From the IMG/VR virus record IMGVR_UViG_3300003962_000013, positions 1 through 64,000 of that record: DNA of 64,000 nucleotides; one strand, written 5' to 3'. The DNA comes from a virus (lineage: Duplodnaviria; Caudoviricetes). Below the pieces are notes generated by a model, which was not told the DNA's origin, searched no databases, and saw nothing but the letters and a program-made list of their open reading frames with translations. The translations under genes were made by a program, and so were the position numbers. Numbering within the stretch: the first letter of the stretch is position 1; each line of letters opens with the position of its first letter. Of this stretch, positions 1 to 10,069 are shown piece by piece.

Positions 1-310
1 TTTTTATATTCAAACGTTCTCCTACCAATCTATTCCAATCATTTATATTATTTAACATGCAAATTCTTTGACAATCAATAGCTTCACTAAGTGAAATATC
101 TTTTTTAATTTTCTTAAATTTAACTAATATATCAGGTTGATTATCAGGATTATTAAGGTATTTTTCTACTCCTATTTCAAGATATTTTTCTCGAATATGA
201 TTTAATAAAATCGTCTCAGTAAATTTTCCTACTTTTAAATTATTATCATCACAATATTTTTTTATTGATTGATAAGGTTCATCACTTAAAGTAATAGTGT
301 ATTTTTTCAT
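1..310 (-). CDS. partial ORF (runs off left edge), N-terminal ribbon-helix-helix-like segment; probably an inserted/mobile gene
   Basis: ATG at 310, MKKYTITLSDEPYQSIKKYCDDNNLKVGKF..., open to position 1; own TATACATAT motif at 322-330. Confidence 0.55.
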   Translation of the reverse strand, partial: MKKYTITLSDEPYQSIKKYCDDNNLKVGKFTETILLNHIREKYLEIGVEKYLNNPDNQPDILVKFKKIKKDISLSEAIDCQRICMLNNINDWNRLVGERLNIK

Positions 311-332
311 ATGTTTTTTATTATACATATGT

Positions 333-360
333 AAAAAGGAATGAAAAATCATTCTTTTTC
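333..360. terminator. inverted repeat (terminator or operator) after the truncated glycosyltransferase
   Basis: AAAAAGGAATGA-AAAA-TCATTCTTTTT, near-perfect stem. Confidence 0.5.
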
Positions 361-361
361 A

Positions 362-889
362 TTAAATCCATTCTATAGGTTGATATATTTCCAAAGAAAT
401 ACCTTCAAAAATAACTTCAATGGGTGTTTTTACTTCAACTATACCTTCTACTTGTTTTGTTTGATCATTTACTCTTTGATATTTAGAATCTAAAAATGCT
501 TTTTTAGAATGTTCTGATGAAACAAGAACTAAATCCATGCTATTTACTCCTTCAACCCAATCACCAGGTACTATGGTTGTTTCTAAACCTGCTGTAATAC
601 CAATGTTGTATTTACCTACTTTTTGAAATTCATTTGGTACTGTTATCCAAATAAAGATATCTGGTTGAGATGTAAGTTGTCCATTAATTATATATGATTC
701 AAGAAATTTCCATTCGGGGTTCTCTTCAATAAATCCAGTTGGAGTATTTCCCCAATTACAAGGAATGATTTTAATGTCCCATTCTTCTTTTTTAAGTTGA
801 ATTATTGATTTAACTGTATCACGAGCTCTAGCTCCGTAACCTGAAAAGGTATCGATTGATGCGTAAATAACGCAAGTATTTTTACTCAT
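362..889 (-). CDS. GT-B (GT4-like) glycosyltransferase, N-terminal half only
   Basis: FSGYGARARD, ITAGLET, VSSEHSK motifs; stops just after EVIFEG, before any nucleotide-sugar-binding domain. Confidence 0.7.
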   Translation of the reverse strand: MSKNTCVIYASIDTFSGYGARARDTVKSIIQLKKEEWDIKIIPCNWGNTPTGFIEENPEWKFLESYIINGQLTSQPDIFIWITVPNEFQKVGKYNIGITAGLETTIVPGDWVEGVNSMDLVLVSSEHSKKAFLDSKYQRVNDQTKQVEGIVEVKTPIEVIFEGISLEIYQPIEWI

Positions 890-890
890 A

Positions 891-2327
891 TTAGTATAAC
901 AATTTATGGTTTAAAACTCTTTTTTCAGTATTTTTTGTATTTAATAATTCGAATTTTTCTCTAGGTTTCCAAGTTTTAAACAAGGTATCTAAATTTTCTA
1001 TAATTCTTTTACCCATTTGCTCTCCTGTAAATCCTGCTTCATCACTTAAAGCCCATTCACGACCTTTTAATCCTTTTTCTTTAAGTTTTTCTTTACCTAA
1101 TTCATAAGCAAATTTGATTTGTTCAGCTGCATCTTCTGCTTTGCATCTATCATCCCAGATATAAGGTGTAACTGGAGAACCTTGAATTGAACGATTTGTT
1201 GGATATACTGGTAGAGCCCATTCTCCATGTTCTTTTAAAGTACCATTATGATTTGAAGGAAAATCTTTATCAAAATCAATCCATTTTCCATCCTTAACAA
1301 AACGCATTTGATCTTGCATTCCACCAGTCACATTGGCAACAATTGGATTTCCTGCTAAAATAGCTTCAGTTAAACTTAATCCCCAACCTTCGTTACTAGT
1401 TAATAATATTTGTACATTAGTCATGTTATACAAATAATTCATTTGATGAGGTGGCAATGGTTTATCTGAGAATATTATGTTATATTTTTCATTTTTATCA
1501 AATAAAAAATCACATACTGCTTTTAAATCTGTTCCATTATCATCTACAACTTGTGTGTGAAGTAAGAATGCACATTTTTTAGCTTTTTCTTCAGGTAACT
1601 GATCAATAAAATATTTGTATGCTAAAAGAGTATCTGGAATTTGTTTTCTACGGATGTTTCTTGAATTGAAGAATAAAACAAAATCATATTCTTTTCCTTT
1701 AAATATTTGATTTTTAAATATTTTAAACTCAGGATTATTTTGGTCAATAGGTTTAAATATATCATGGTTTAATCCATGAGGAACATATTCAATAAGTTTG
1801 TTTTTTGCTTTATCACCTAATACTAACTTATTAATATTAACAGTCTGTTTAGAGATTCCTAATAAAGCATCACATGCTTCATAATATGGTTTATTATACA
1901 TCGGGGCTGGATAATCATCCCAAATGTTAAGATATACAATAGGAATTTTTCTACGAATTTCATTTTCAATTTGAAATAACCACATAAAATACCTTGGGTC
2001 AGTAATAAGAAATATAGCATCTGGTTTTTCTAGACGAATTAAATTTCTTATCATATGAGGATCACCATATCCATCAGCTGGATACATCTGAACATATGAA
2101 TCTTTTAATCCAGTAGTTGTATTAGTATCTTGAGATAAATCTAATTTTTTTCCTTTATCTGGATGATTTATAGCTCCAGCAATTTGAACCCAATTAAAAT
2201 GTTGAGCTGTATTAAGTACCATTTCTCGAGCAACTGTTGCTACTCCTGAATGAACTCTAATGTCATCACATATTAATAAGATTTTTTTTCTTTGATTTTG
2301 GGGTAGGTAGGCAAAACTTGAATTCAT
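891..2327 (-). CDS. GT4 family glycosyltransferase
   Basis: HSGVA, VPHG, NSRNIRRKQ and EGWGLSLTEA (EX7E) motifs. Confidence 0.9.
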   Translation of the reverse strand: MNSSFAYLPQNQRKKILLICDDIRVHSGVATVAREMVLNTAQHFNWVQIAGAINHPDKGKKLDLSQDTNTTTGLKDSYVQMYPADGYGDPHMIRNLIRLEKPDAIFLITDPRYFMWLFQIENEIRRKIPIVYLNIWDDYPAPMYNKPYYEACDALLGISKQTVNINKLVLGDKAKNKLIEYVPHGLNHDIFKPIDQNNPEFKIFKNQIFKGKEYDFVLFFNSRNIRRKQIPDTLLAYKYFIDQLPEEKAKKCAFLLHTQVVDDNGTDLKAVCDFLFDKNEKYNIIFSDKPLPPHQMNYLYNMTNVQILLTSNEGWGLSLTEAILAGNPIVANVTGGMQDQMRFVKDGKWIDFDKDFPSNHNGTLKEHGEWALPVYPTNRSIQGSPVTPYIWDDRCKAEDAAEQIKFAYELGKEKLKEKGLKGREWALSDEAGFTGEQMGKRIIENLDTLFKTWKPREKFELLNTKNTEKRVLNHKLLY

Positions 2328-2339
2328 AAAACTGTTTTG

Positions 2340-2528
2340 TTATTCGTTAATTTTTGGGTTAATGTAGTTAGAAACTTGTTTTCGAAAATTTTCATCTGTA
2401 AGGTACAAATCCATTGTACGATTCACAAGTTTATTTAAGCTAAATTTTCTTTTTACACATTCTATTTTGAAAGTATTGAATAATTCTTTATCTACTTTCA
2501 CAGATGTTAATTGGGTTTGATTTTCCAT
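2340..2528 (-). CDS. small ribbon-helix-helix-like protein
   Basis: LTSVKVDKELFNTFKIEC strand-helix-helix pattern. Confidence 0.55.
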   Translation of the reverse strand: MENQTQLTSVKVDKELFNTFKIECVKRKFSLNKLVNRTMDLYLTDENFRKQVSNYINPKINE

Positions 2529-2558
2529 GACTTATATTTGTATATAAATATATAATTA

Positions 2559-3512
2559 TTATGAGAGAATAGCTGATGAACATAATTCTTTTTTATCTCT
2601 ATATTGGCAAAATCTACAATTAGATTTAGACGGGATAGGAGCATGTTCATTAGAATTATAAGAACCATCTAGATTAAAAATATCACTAATAAATTTATCT
2701 AGGGCTGTTTTAGCTTTTTTTACCTTGGTTTTTCCGTTTGCTGGAGTAAATTGTTGAATACGTTTTTGAGGAAATTCACTTTCTTCCCAAATTTTTCTTT
2801 TTACTATAAAAAATTCCACATCTATATTTTCTTCAGGCACACCAAATTGTTCGCTGAAGAATTGTTTGTATAATAAAATTTGAAATTGTTTTACTTCATC
2901 TTTCTTTTCAGCATCTTTCCATCCTCTAGTACTAGTTTTTATATCATATATAACAAATTTTTCAGTTGCTTCATGATATAATACTAAATCTATATATCCG
3001 TTGTATAAAACATTGTTATAGCGTTTATCTGGAGTTATAACTATTGGGATTTCAATTCCTACTAAATGCCATCCTCTTACACTAAAATATTCACTTCTTT
3101 TCTTCTTAATAAATTCTAAAATGGCAATTCCATCATCAAAAAATTCTCTCATTTCTTGAGGATTACTAAAATGAATATTTTGGTTATCTTTATAACCTTT
3201 AGAATAATTTTCTCTAAATCTTTCCTCAAAATATTCTTCTAAATCTAGTTCATCTGCTTTTACACCACTTTCACTATAAAGTGTATTTATATAGTTTTGA
3301 ACAGTTTCATGTATTGCTGTTCCAAAAGTCATATTAATTGACTGTGAATATACTTTATAACCATCTCTGTATTGCAATGACCATCTTTTAGGGCATTGCA
3401 AATACATTGATAATTGGGAGTATGAAATTACTTTATTAGTAGAATAATCTATCTCTTTGGGAACAAAGTTACGAATTTGTTTTACTATGGAAGGTGTTTT
3501 ATCTTTAGCCAC
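2559..3512 (-). CDS. PD-(D/E)XK (Cas4/AddB-like) nuclease
   Basis: SYSQ..CP, GTAIH, GYID, DIKT, QILLY and C-terminal CRFC...C. Confidence 0.85.
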   Translation of the reverse strand: MAKDKTPSIVKQIRNFVPKEIDYSTNKVISYSQLSMYLQCPKRWSLQYRDGYKVYSQSINMTFGTAIHETVQNYINTLYSESGVKADELDLEEYFEERFRENYSKGYKDNQNIHFSNPQEMREFFDDGIAILEFIKKKRSEYFSVRGWHLVGIEIPIVITPDKRYNNVLYNGYIDLVLYHEATEKFVIYDIKTSTRGWKDAEKKDEVKQFQILLYKQFFSEQFGVPEENIDVEFFIVKRKIWEESEFPQKRIQQFTPANGKTKVKKAKTALDKFISDIFNLDGSYNSNEHAPIPSKSNCRFCQYRDKKELCSSAILS

Positions 3513-4099
3513 TATTTATTACTTTTTTGTCTATTTTCTTTAATTGATAAAGGTTGGGTATTCAAATAATGAAATGCTTTTAATATTTCTTCTTCTTTGG
3601 TTAAATCAAAATTTGAGATTGCTTTAATATGATCTATTTCCCAATAAGTTCCATAATTTTCCCAATTCATTTCTGGGTTGAATAATTTTTCCAAATATTG
3701 TTTATACTCATTTATTGAACACCCAAGATATTTTTTATAGGTACCAGATTTAGGAATAGAATTTACTAAAGCTTGTCTTATATAATGTCCGATATTTTCT
3801 CTAAGTTGATAAATAGGAGATTTTTTCCGATATTCTTTCATATATTCTCGTTGTCTAACTCTTAGTTTTTCTTTATTTTTTTCTCTCCATTTATCAATCG
3901 TTTTATTATATTTTTCTTTATTTTTAGCTAAACGTTCTCTACTCTTTTTATATTGTTCCTCTTTATTATCTTGATAATATTCAGATTGATATTCTTTTCT
4001 ATCTTGTTTATTATTTTGATAATATTTTTTAGCTAATTCCTTACCCTTACGTTCATAATACTCTTTTTGTTTTTCTTTAGTCCAATATTTATTTACCAT
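3512..4099 (-). mobile_element. free-standing HNH homing endonuclease
   Basis: MNWENYG.WEIDHIKA...NTQPL...N..KSNK; basic N-terminus. Confidence 0.85.
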
Positions 4100-4140
4100 A
4101 ATTTATATTTTATTATAAATATTGCCAAAAAACATTTTCA

Positions 4141-4494
4141 TTATTTTTTCCAAAGATCTTTTGAAACAAGTTGGGCTATAATATTATAATTAACTAAATC
4201 CATATATGAATCGGTTACAGATTCATTTTCTACTTGATTTTTTTTACTAAACAATACTAAATTTTTTAATCTATTCATTTTATCACTACAACGAATCCAA
4301 ATTGCTGTCAATGATAATTTTTTATCCTCAGGGCTTTCTAATCTAGTACCCATTGATATATTATCAACTCCATAATCTAGCATCTTTTGTGCGAATAAAG
4401 TATATTGCTCTTTCATTATTTGTTTATATCCTTGAGCAATAGTAGGATATTCTTTTTCTAGCTGTTCAATAACAGATATTTCTTCTTTAGCCAT
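4141..4494 (-). CDS. nucleotide-modification-associated domain 1 (DUF1599-like) protein
   Basis: KMLDYG, IRxxDKxxRL, DSYMDLVNY. Confidence 0.75.
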   Translation of the reverse strand: MAKEEISVIEQLEKEYPTIAQGYKQIMKEQYTLFAQKMLDYGVDNISMGTRLESPEDKKLSLTAIWIRCSDKMNRLKNLVLFSKKNQVENESVTDSYMDLVNYNIIAQLVSKDLWKK

Positions 4495-4921
4495 TTTTAA
4501 TAAGTTTTTTTATTTCTTTTTCATCTATTCCTTTTTTGATCAAAATATCTTCTACCCCTTCTTTTCTCAACAACGAAATATATTCATCTGCTTCACCTAA
4601 AGAACATTCAAAATATTCAGCTATATGTCTTGATAATTCAGGATTAATAGATTTTTTTAAATTTGATTTAATATAGGGAGAATAGGTATTTTTTGATTTG
4701 GGAATGAAATAACAATATACTTCATATAATTTTTTATTATTTTGAATATTAAGTCCTTGAACATAGTTTACTATTTCAACATATTTAGGATTCATTGATA
4801 AAAATTTATTAACCATAAAGTTGTTGAATTGTTTTTGTTGTTCAGGAGTAAATAAATCCCATGGTTTTTTAGTATCTATTATACTTTTAACCCAGTCAAA
4901 TATTGTAAATTGTTTATTCAT
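4487..4921 (-). CDS. clamp loader small subunit (T4 gp62-like)
   Basis: FMVNKFLSM, IAEYFECSLGEADEY; close to the gp44-like gene. Confidence 0.7.
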   Translation of the reverse strand: MNKQFTIFDWVKSIIDTKKPWDLFTPEQQKQFNNFMVNKFLSMNPKYVEIVNYVQGLNIQNNKKLYEVYCYFIPKSKNTYSPYIKSNLKKSINPELSRHIAEYFECSLGEADEYISLLRKEGVEDILIKKGIDEKEIKKLIKNG

Positions 4922-5486
4922 ATTTCCATCTAAATTTTCCGCATGTTTTAGTTCTTCCTTTTAAACAAGCACATAATGTTCCACTATCTAAATTATTATA
5001 TTTAGCTGCTGTTTTTATAGAATCATATCTTTTAATTTCATTCCAATTTAAATCAAATTGTATTATTGGTATAGAAAGAGCTTTGCTTATCATATTTTTA
5101 GATTTTTGAGATTTTTTCTTACCTAAATTATATTTATTACCTAATCTAAATTTACTCATTTTTTGTTTAGTCTCTTCACTTAAGGCTCCTTTTCCTTTTC
5201 CTAATCTACAATTTAAACCATTTTTTAAAACATCAAATTTTTTTCCTAAATATACTTCTTTTTCATCTAATTGGTCTAAAGAACATTCTTCAACTATTTC
5301 AAATATATGATTTTCAGGACCATATTTTTTAAGGGAATTATAAAGTTTAGTTTGTTGTTTACAATTAAATAAATTTAAATATTCATTAAATCTTCTTTTA
5401 ATATTTACACTTTGTCCAATATAAACTTTACCACTAGGACTTGTTACCTTGTATATTCCTATAATAGCGTTGTCGTGCTTTTTCAT
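4914..5486 (-). mobile_element. GIY-YIG homing endonuclease with NUMOD3/NUMOD1-type C-terminus (likely start ATG 5486)
   Basis: GIYKVTSPSGKVYIGQS; SEETKQKMS; C-terminal GKFRWKY. Confidence 0.9.
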
Positions 5487-5583
5487 CTTCTTGTTCTTTA
5501 TTTTTCCAATAATATTTTTTGGAAGCATTCGCTCTAGCTTTTTGCTTTTCTTCAGGTGTTTGATATTTTTTAATTCTTCCCAT
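5434..5583 (-). CDS. 49-aa basic leader ORF overlapping the GIY-YIG gene (not in ORF track)
   Basis: MGRIKKYQTPEEKQKARANASKKYYWKNKEQEDEKARQRYYRNIQGNKS*; paralog at 57932-58072. Confidence 0.75.
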   Translation of the reverse strand: MGRIKKYQTPEEKQKARANASKKYYWKNKEQEDEKARQRYYRNIQGNKS

Positions 5584-5587
5584 CAAT

Positions 5588-5631
5588 TATAAATATTGGA
5601 AAATTTTTAAAGATCACAAAAAAGATCACAA
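5588..5631 (-). promoter_or_regulatory. ATATTTATA promoter-like motif plus tandem direct repeat
   Basis: TATAAATAT at 5588-5596 (+); AAAGATCACAA at 5609 and 5621. Confidence 0.65.
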
Positions 5632-5874
5632 CGTTTTATTATATTCAATATATTCTTCTCTTAATTCTTTAGGAAGCATCTCAATTAAAATTTTACCAGT
5701 TTTTAAATCAACAAATACTGGGATAGGTACGATTGCATCTTCACTAGTACCAGTTAAAAATTTACTGATTTTTCTTAGTACTGTAGCTTCTTGGAAAACT
5801 TGTCCTCCATCTTCTGATTTAACTGGTGTAGACTGAGTGATGTCTATTTTCATTTGTGGTTGATCTGGTTGCAT
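5626..5874 (-). CDS. hypothetical protein
   Basis: ORF, operon packing. Confidence 0.7.
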   Translation of the reverse strand: MQPDQPQMKIDITQSTPVKSEDGGQVFQEATVLRKISKFLTGTSEDAIVPIPVFVDLKTGKILIEMLPKELREEYIEYNKTL

Positions 5875-5876
5875 AA

Positions 5877-6125
5877 TTATTTAGTTTTAATTGTTTCTAG
5901 AACTTTTCTTTGTAATTCTTTAAATTCGATTTCATTGCAATCTTTAGAGTTAAACATTTCAAATTTAACATCTCCAATCGAAGATATACAATCAAATATA
6001 CACATCACGTGGTAATCTGGGAGTTTAATAGATATTTGTTCAATTGTATCTTCTATGGTTTCATTTTTTTGTAAATGAGAATATGTTTCTTGGGGGAATC
6101 TAATTATGAAAATTGGTTTAGCCAT
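5877..6125 (-). CDS. hypothetical protein
   Basis: ORF, operon packing. Confidence 0.65.
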   Translation of the reverse strand: MAKPIFIIRFPQETYSHLQKNETIEDTIEQISIKLPDYHVMCIFDCISSIGDVKFEMFNSKDCNEIEFKELQRKVLETIKTK

Positions 6126-6142
6126 GAAATTTTTAATTTAAA

Positions 6143-7078
6143 TTATAATATTTTTTTAGTGTTTACTGTTTCTAATATTTTAGATATGCAAGCCATTATA
6201 TTTATCTCTTTATCAAGTCTAAAAGTAGCATGATACATATATTCTTCTAAATAACATATTATTATACCTTCATTTCCTTTAGAATATTCATTCAATTTAT
6301 CATATAAAAACTTATATAAACTATCAAACTCATCTATCTCTGAATTGGCAATGATTTGTCTTATATTGTTAAAAGATTTAAATGAAGGTTTTTTTAATTC
6401 TTCCAATATCTTTTCTTTATAATCATCAGATATATTTATTGAATTATCAAGAACTAATTTATTATCAACAGTATATTTTTGACAATTATTGATAATTTTT
6501 CTAAAATCAGGATAGAATTTATTTATAATAGTAACTAAATCTTGAACATCATAAGTAATTTCTTCTTTATCTAGAATAGTACTGATATGTTGTGCTACTA
6601 TTTTTTTGGTTGGAGGTGATAAATCAAATTCTTGACATCTGCTTCTTAAAGGTTCAATTAAACGTTCAGGGTAATTACCTGTTAAAATAAAACGAGTAGT
6701 TAAGCTATATGTTTCCATCATGTTTAACAATATAACCTGAGATGCTTGTAAAATATGGGTTGCTTCATCTAAAATTACTATTTTAATAGGTTTAAATGAA
6801 CCAGCAGCAGCAAATGCTCCTACTTTATCTCTCATAACATCTATTGATCGTTCATCAGTAGCATTAATATAAAGATAATCACAATCAATATTTTTAACTA
6901 ATATTTTAGCAATTGTAGTTTTACCAGCACCTGGTTTACCTGCAAATAACAAATGAGGAATATCTTGTTTAGCAATGAATTCTTGGAATTTATTTTTGAT
7001 TTCATCTTTACAAATATAACCTTCTAGAGTGTTAGGTCTCCATTTTTCATTTAATATTGTGTGTAACCTTTTTGACAT
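6143..7078 (-). CDS. clamp loader large subunit (T4 gp44/RFC-like AAA+)
   Basis: EKWRP, GKPGAGKTT, ILDEA, PLRSRC. Confidence 0.93.
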   Translation of the reverse strand: MSKRLHTILNEKWRPNTLEGYICKDEIKNKFQEFIAKQDIPHLLFAGKPGAGKTTIAKILVKNIDCDYLYINATDERSIDVMRDKVGAFAAAGSFKPIKIVILDEATHILQASQVILLNMMETYSLTTRFILTGNYPERLIEPLRSRCQEFDLSPPTKKIVAQHISTILDKEEITYDVQDLVTIINKFYPDFRKIINNCQKYTVDNKLVLDNSINISDDYKEKILEELKKPSFKSFNNIRQIIANSEIDEFDSLYKFLYDKLNEYSKGNEGIIICYLEEYMYHATFRLDKEINIMACISKILETVNTKKIL

Positions 7079-7094
7079 AACTTATTTAATAATT

Positions 7095-7316
7095 TTATGA
7101 TTGGAGCAATTTCTTTTTCCCATTTCCATTCTTTAAATTTATCTGTTCTTTTATATAAACAGAAATATCTTTTAAAGACATATTTAATAATCCTTCATTA
7201 TTTTCTAATTCAATATAAAATCCGTTTGATTCAGGGACAAAATTTATATTAGTAATTTCGTATAGGATATCATCTATTTCAATGGATTTTCCTAAAAGAT
7301 TAATTGCTCCTCTCAT
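7095..7316 (-). CDS. hypothetical protein
   Basis: ORF, operon packing. Confidence 0.55.
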   Translation of the reverse strand: MRGAINLLGKSIEIDDILYEITNINFVPESNGFYIELENNEGLLNMSLKDISVYIKEQINLKNGNGKKKLLQS

Positions 7317-7327
7317 TTTTTAGTTTT

Positions 7328-8953
7328 TTAAAACATTCCTGGGATTCCACCCATGTTTGGTTCTTTGTTATCTTTATTTGTTTCTACTATGGCTGCTTCT
7401 GTTAATAATACAGTTCCGGCAATTGATGCTGCATTTTCAATAGCATTTCTAGTTACTTTAGTTGGATCTATAATACCTTCTTTTTCCATATCAACGAATT
7501 TTTTGGTTTTTAAGTTATAACCAATCCAATGATTACTTTTTTTAATTTTATTTAATAATTCATATCCTTTATCATCATTGATACCTGCGTTAGATAATAT
7601 TTTAATAAAAGGAGAACCACATGCTTTATAAACAATTTGTTTACCAATTTGTTCATCTATGTTTTTTGAAGGGGTGATACTTTCTCTAGCATGTATTAGG
7701 GCTGAACCACCTCCTGGTACAATTCCTTCTTCTATAGCTGCTTTTGTAGCTTGAAGAGCATCATCTACTCTATCTTTGGTTTCTCTCATTTCTAATTCTG
7801 AGTTTCCCCCAACATGTATAATTGCTACTCCACCTACAAATTTAGCTAAGCGTTCTTGTAATTTTTCTTTTTCAAATGGTGTTTGTGCTTTATCAATTTG
7901 TGATTGAAGATTTTCTATTCTTAATTTGATTTTTTCATCCGTTCCTTTACCATCAACAATAGTTGTTTGATCTTTAGTAATAGTAACTAGACGAGCTCTT
8001 CCAAACCATTTAGGATCAAACTTATCCAATTTCATATTTTTTTCAGGACTAAATACTTCTCCTCCCGTCATAATTGCTATATCTTCAAGTATAAGCTTTC
8101 TTCGTTCTCCATAATCTGGGGATTTAACTGCTGCTACTTTCAATATTCCTCTCATTTTATTTACAATAAGAGTGGATAATGCTTCTCCTTCAATGTCTTC
8201 AGCAATAATTAATAATGATTTACCACTTTGAGAAACATTCTCTAAAATAGGTAATAAATCTTTTACTTGAGTAATTTTTCTATCAGCAATTAATATAAAA
8301 GGATCTTCTAAAGTACAAGTCATATCATTGTTGTTAGTAACAAAATAATGGGATTTATAACCTCTATCAAATTGAATACCTTCTACTGTTTCAAGATATG
8401 TATCTCCACTTTTAGATTCTTCAATAGTAATTATCCCTTCTCTTCCTACTTTTTTCATAGCAGTAGAAATTAATTTTCCTACTTCTGGATCATTATTGGC
8501 TGAAATTGTTGCTACTTGTTCTAATTGGTTTTCTGAGGATATATCTTTAGAAACATTTTTTCTTAGATAGGTTACTACTTCTTTAACTGCTGAATCCATT
8601 CCTCGTTTAATATCTACAGCGTTTGATCCTCTATCCAGATATGTAACACCTTCATTTATCATCTTTTGGGCTAAAAGAGTAGAAGTTGTAGTACCATCAC
8701 CAGCGCTTGTTGCTGTTTTAATAGATACTTGTTTTATCATTTGTACTCCTAGATCTTCTAGAGGTTCTTCAATATTGGAAATTTGTTTAGCTACTGTTAC
8801 TCCGTCTTTAGTACTTCTCACTTCACCCATTTCAGTGTATATAACATTTCTTCCGTTAGGACCCAATGTTGAAGTAACTGAATCTGCTACTTTGTTAATA
8901 CCATTAACAATTTTTTTACGAGCTTCTGGCCCAAATTCTACATTTTTATTCAT
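7328..8953 (-). CDS. groL: chaperonin GroEL
   Basis: [37 protein letters not shown]. Confidence 0.97.
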   Translation of the reverse strand: MNKNVEFGPEARKKIVNGINKVADSVTSTLGPNGRNVIYTEMGEVRSTKDGVTVAKQISNIEEPLEDLGVQMIKQVSIKTATSAGDGTTTSTLLAQKMINEGVTYLDRGSNAVDIKRGMDSAVKEVVTYLRKNVSKDISSENQLEQVATISANNDPEVGKLISTAMKKVGREGIITIEESKSGDTYLETVEGIQFDRGYKSHYFVTNNNDMTCTLEDPFILIADRKITQVKDLLPILENVSQSGKSLLIIAEDIEGEALSTLIVNKMRGILKVAAVKSPDYGERRKLILEDIAIMTGGEVFSPEKNMKLDKFDPKWFGRARLVTITKDQTTIVDGKGTDEKIKLRIENLQSQIDKAQTPFEKEKLQERLAKFVGGVAIIHVGGNSELEMRETKDRVDDALQATKAAIEEGIVPGGGSALIHARESITPSKNIDEQIGKQIVYKACGSPFIKILSNAGINDDKGYELLNKIKKSNHWIGYNLKTKKFVDMEKEGIIDPTKVTRNAIENAASIAGTVLLTEAAIVETNKDNKEPNMGGIPGMF

Positions 8954-8971
8954 AAACTTGTTTATTTTTAA

Positions 8972-9256
8972 TTATTCTATAATTGATAAAACTTGTGTTT
9001 CTTGACATGACCAATATTCTTGACCGTCTTCTTCTATTTTGGTAGGACCTATTGAAGGAAGAATAACTTGTTGACCTGTTTTAAGGGTTGTTGGGATAAA
9101 TTCTCCTGTTACTGAGTAATGACCAGGTCCAACTGAAACTATGGTTCCTCTTAAACCTTTTTCTTTACCTAAATCTGGAATTATAATTGAACCATAAGTA
9201 GATTCATCATTTTCTTGGGGCTTTACAACTATTGAATTGAAAACTGCTTTTAACAT
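8972..9256 (-). CDS. groS: co-chaperonin GroES
   Basis: GSIIIPD mobile loop, GTIVSVGPG; adjacent to groL. Confidence 0.9.
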   Translation of the reverse strand: MLKAVFNSIVVKPQENDESTYGSIIIPDLGKEKGLRGTIVSVGPGHYSVTGEFIPTTLKTGQQVILPSIGPTKIEEDGQEYWSCQETQVLSIIE

Positions 9257-9286
9257 AATATAACTTGTTTTTAAATTTTTACTATA

Positions 9287-9320
9287 ATAAATATATAAAG
9301 GTTCTATTGGTTAATCAAGT
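9287..9320 (-). promoter_or_regulatory. Bacteroidota-type sigma promoter upstream of groS
   Basis: minus strand CTTGA-N-TATATTTA, resembles -33 TTTG / -7 TAnnTTTG. Confidence 0.5.
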
Positions 9321-10064
9321 TTAAATATCTTTTTTAACTAAATAATATGTACTTTTAATATTGGATGTACTAAATTCTAATTTCATTAGGCCTTCTAAAT
9401 TTATATATAAATGGGCTTCATCAATATCTTTATTAACTGTTAAAATTTCCTTAAATAAATTTGAATTAAATCCTAAAGTAAAATCAGGTAAAATAGAATC
9501 TTTACTGTTTATATTTGATAAATAATACGATACTTTATTAGAATATTCAATATCACCACCAAATATCAATTCCAATTGAGAATCTCCATCTAATCCTTTA
9601 TATGGTTTTATCACCACAGTTTCACTCTCATCTAATGCTGATTTAGCTTTTATTAATGCTTGAATTATTTCTTTATTTATTGGAATCTTAAAATTATATT
9701 CTTCACTTCCATTATATGCTCCAGATTTAGGAATAGTTAATATGTCTGCTAGAGTATAATTAACTGTGAATTGATTATCTGAAATAATTAATTTTGAAAA
9801 TATTTTATTGTGTTTAATATAATTAAGCATAACTTCTCCACCTGTAATTCCTATTAATTTTAATAATTGGGAAGTATTACTAATACCTATGGATGAGTCT
9901 TCTAAGTTAAAATTACTGTGAATGATTTCTCCAAGCATTTCTTTAGTTGGTGAAGTATATTTTATAACTAATTTGTTATCTTTTATATCCCATTTAACTG
10001 CTTCAATTAAACCATTTAAATAGTATTTGTTTATGACTGATTGTAATTCTAGTTTTGATATCAT
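9321..10064 (-). CDS. sliding clamp (gp45/PCNA-like)
   Basis: size, location between polymerase and clamp loader, C-terminal GLMKLEF..STYYLV. Confidence 0.75.
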   Translation of the reverse strand: MISKLELQSVINKYYLNGLIEAVKWDIKDNKLVIKYTSPTKEMLGEIIHSNFNLEDSSIGISNTSQLLKLIGITGGEVMLNYIKHNKIFSKLIISDNQFTVNYTLADILTIPKSGAYNGSEEYNFKIPINKEIIQALIKAKSALDESETVVIKPYKGLDGDSQLELIFGGDIEYSNKVSYYLSNINSKDSILPDFTLGFNSNLFKEILTVNKDIDEAHLYINLEGLMKLEFSTSNIKSTYYLVKKDI

Positions 10065-10069
10065 ATAAA

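Noticed and set aside
2559-3512. CRISPR-Cas system suggested by the Cas4-like nuclease
   Set aside because: No repeat-spacer array or other cas gene seen; solo Cas4-like nucleases are common in phages
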